Positions 62,720 to 64,000 of a DNA stretch of 64,000 nt are shown here, one piece after another. How positions within the stretch are numbered: the first letter of the stretch is position 1; every line of letters begins with the position of its first letter. Both the position numbers and the translations under genes were made by a program. This stretch comes from Pelagomonas calceolata (lineage: Eukaryota). The notes below the pieces were generated by a model. That model was not told where the DNA came from, did no database searches, and saw nothing but the letters and a program-made list of their open reading frames with translations. The DNA lies in the NCBI GenBank assembly GCA_918797485.1, contig CAKKNE010000001.1, positions 4,898,001 through 4,962,000 of the forward strand, written 5' to 3'.

Positions 62720-63400
62720 ATGGGCCATCCTCCCCTGGAGCCGCCGCCCACCAAAGCCAGCGTCGCGCGCGCGGACGCCAAGAAGGCGCCCTGGCTCCTC
62801 CCGCAGAACCAGGTCGAGGCCACGCACACGCCGCGCACAGATAAAGTCGAGAACGGCTACGGGCTCCCGACGACGTTATACAGCATCACGCACCTCGGCC
62901 ACGCCGACTTTAGCACCGCGGCCACGAAGGGCCGCGTGCAAGAAAAAGCCTGCTTCGTCAACAAGCGCTTCCACAACCCGTCGCGCAAGAACCTGCACAT
63001 GCAGGTCGCGTACCCGGAAACGATCGCGAAATTGCAGCCCCTGCAGGGCGACCTCTCGCGCGCCGTCACGCCGCCGCAGCTCAAGGAGATGGACCCGACG
63101 AAGCGCAAGACGCGCGGCGAGGAGCGCCAGATTCCCTACGAGGAGACGAACCCCGCCGACACGCGGATGCGGTATGGTTTGACGCTGAAAACGAAGGACG
63201 ACCGAGAAAGGAACAAGCGCGAGATGAACCGCTGCCAGATCGATTTTAGTTCCGAGCCGCACTTCTCGCCGCGGGGCCGGCCGACGTCGGCGCCCTGGGG
63301 CACGGATGGCAACCTCGACGCGGCGCGCGACCCGCCGGCGCAGCGGCCCGCGCCGTTCTACGACGGCGACGACACGAGCATGCGGCTTCGTGCGACTTAG
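62720..63400 (+). CDS. Hypothetical protein (226 aa)
   Basis: ATG ORF with coding-like codon use; no domain recognised. Confidence 0.65.
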   Translation: MGHPPLEPPPTKASVARADAKKAPWLLPQNQVEATHTPRTDKVENGYGLPTTLYSITHLGHADFSTAATKGRVQEKACFVNKRFHNPSRKNLHMQVAYPETIAKLQPLQGDLSRAVTPPQLKEMDPTKRKTRGEERQIPYEETNPADTRMRYGLTLKTKDDRERNKREMNRCQIDFSSEPHFSPRGRPTSAPWGTDGNLDAARDPPAQRPAPFYDGDDTSMRLRAT

Positions 63401-63483
63401 CGCGCGTGCATTGTATTAACCTCGAAGATTAGTATACTTGTAGAAGGTTTAGAAGGGTCACGCGAAGGAACGTTCGGTGCAGA

Positions 63484-64000
63484 TTAATTGGTATTGTCGT
63501 CGTGCACGCGCCCGTCCCATCGCGGCCACTCGCCGATCGAGTTCCTGAACCATCCGCAGCGCGGGCACGCATTATTGATGCGACCAGGACCGCGCTGCTC
63601 GCCGTGGTGCGTCCGAAGATTATTGCATGCCATGTGGTCGATGGGTCCGAAACCGCAACCACCGCACTGGCGCGCGTTGGGAAAGTCGCGCCGGAGCGCC
63701 TCCACCAGCGCCTGACGATCGCGCTCAGCCTGGCGTCGAGCACGCGCGGCCTCCTCCTCTTCTGCGAACTGGTTTTCCTCCGCCTGGAGGCGTTCCGCAA
63801 AAATTCGATCCTCCGTCTCCCTCACAGCACGCGTAATTCGCTCCTGCGCCTCCGCAAAGATGCGGTCTTCGACGGTCCTGTCCTGTGCCGCGCGGTACGC
63901 CTCAAATACTGCCGGCGCGAGGCACCTTGCAAGCGTCCGGTCGGAATAGTCCGAGCCGCAGCCACCAGGTCCACCGTAACTTGCACACCGAATGCGCCCG
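63484..64000 (-). CDS. C-terminal part of an RBR/IBR-like zinc-finger protein (5' end outside the window)
   Basis: Frame open to the edge: RIRC...C..DYSDRTLARCLAPAVFEAY, then QCGGCGFGPIDHMAC...NACPRCGWF..IGEWPRWDG. Confidence 0.65.
   Translation of the reverse strand, partial: GRIRCASYGGPGGCGSDYSDRTLARCLAPAVFEAYRAAQDRTVEDRIFAEAQERITRAVRETEDRIFAERLQAEENQFAEEEEAARARRQAERDRQALVEALRRDFPNARQCGGCGFGPIDHMACNNLRTHHGEQRGPGRINNACPRCGWFRNSIGEWPRWDGRVHDDNTN

Overview
Gene-dense, very GC-rich eukaryotic nuclear DNA with about 38 protein-coding loci and few introns. Organism is inferred, not proven: an LHCR-type antenna gene, a theta-type carbonic anhydrase, a signal-peptide-bearing Npl4 and TIR/8-bp-TSD introner elements point to a photosynthetic stramenopile, most likely a pelagophyte (Pelagomonas/Aureococcus-like). 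Recognisable genes include NPHP4 (missed by the ORF track because it runs off the left edge; at least 18 EF-hands), a TPK-type K+ channel, kinesin-14, a DDT/WHIM chromatin factor, twinfilin, a Cid1-like nucleotidyltransferase, RPS15A, an LCIB/theta-CA, a TesB-type thioesterase, DRC10, LHCR and PRP4 kinase. The standout is a tandem gene pair at 47351-50991. Both encode membrane-anchored proteins with a phage tail-fibre-like domain interrupted by a long insert built from two module types (FTG and PxG). In both paralogs the second arm is the exact reverse complement of the first in this two-letter code (8/8 and 27/27 pairs, identical Gly spacing), like a nucleic-acid stem-loop written in protein. 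Removing the introner introns also reveals an in-frame TLC-DHHC(DHYC) fusion gene. All family calls come from motif recognition by eye; no searches were run.
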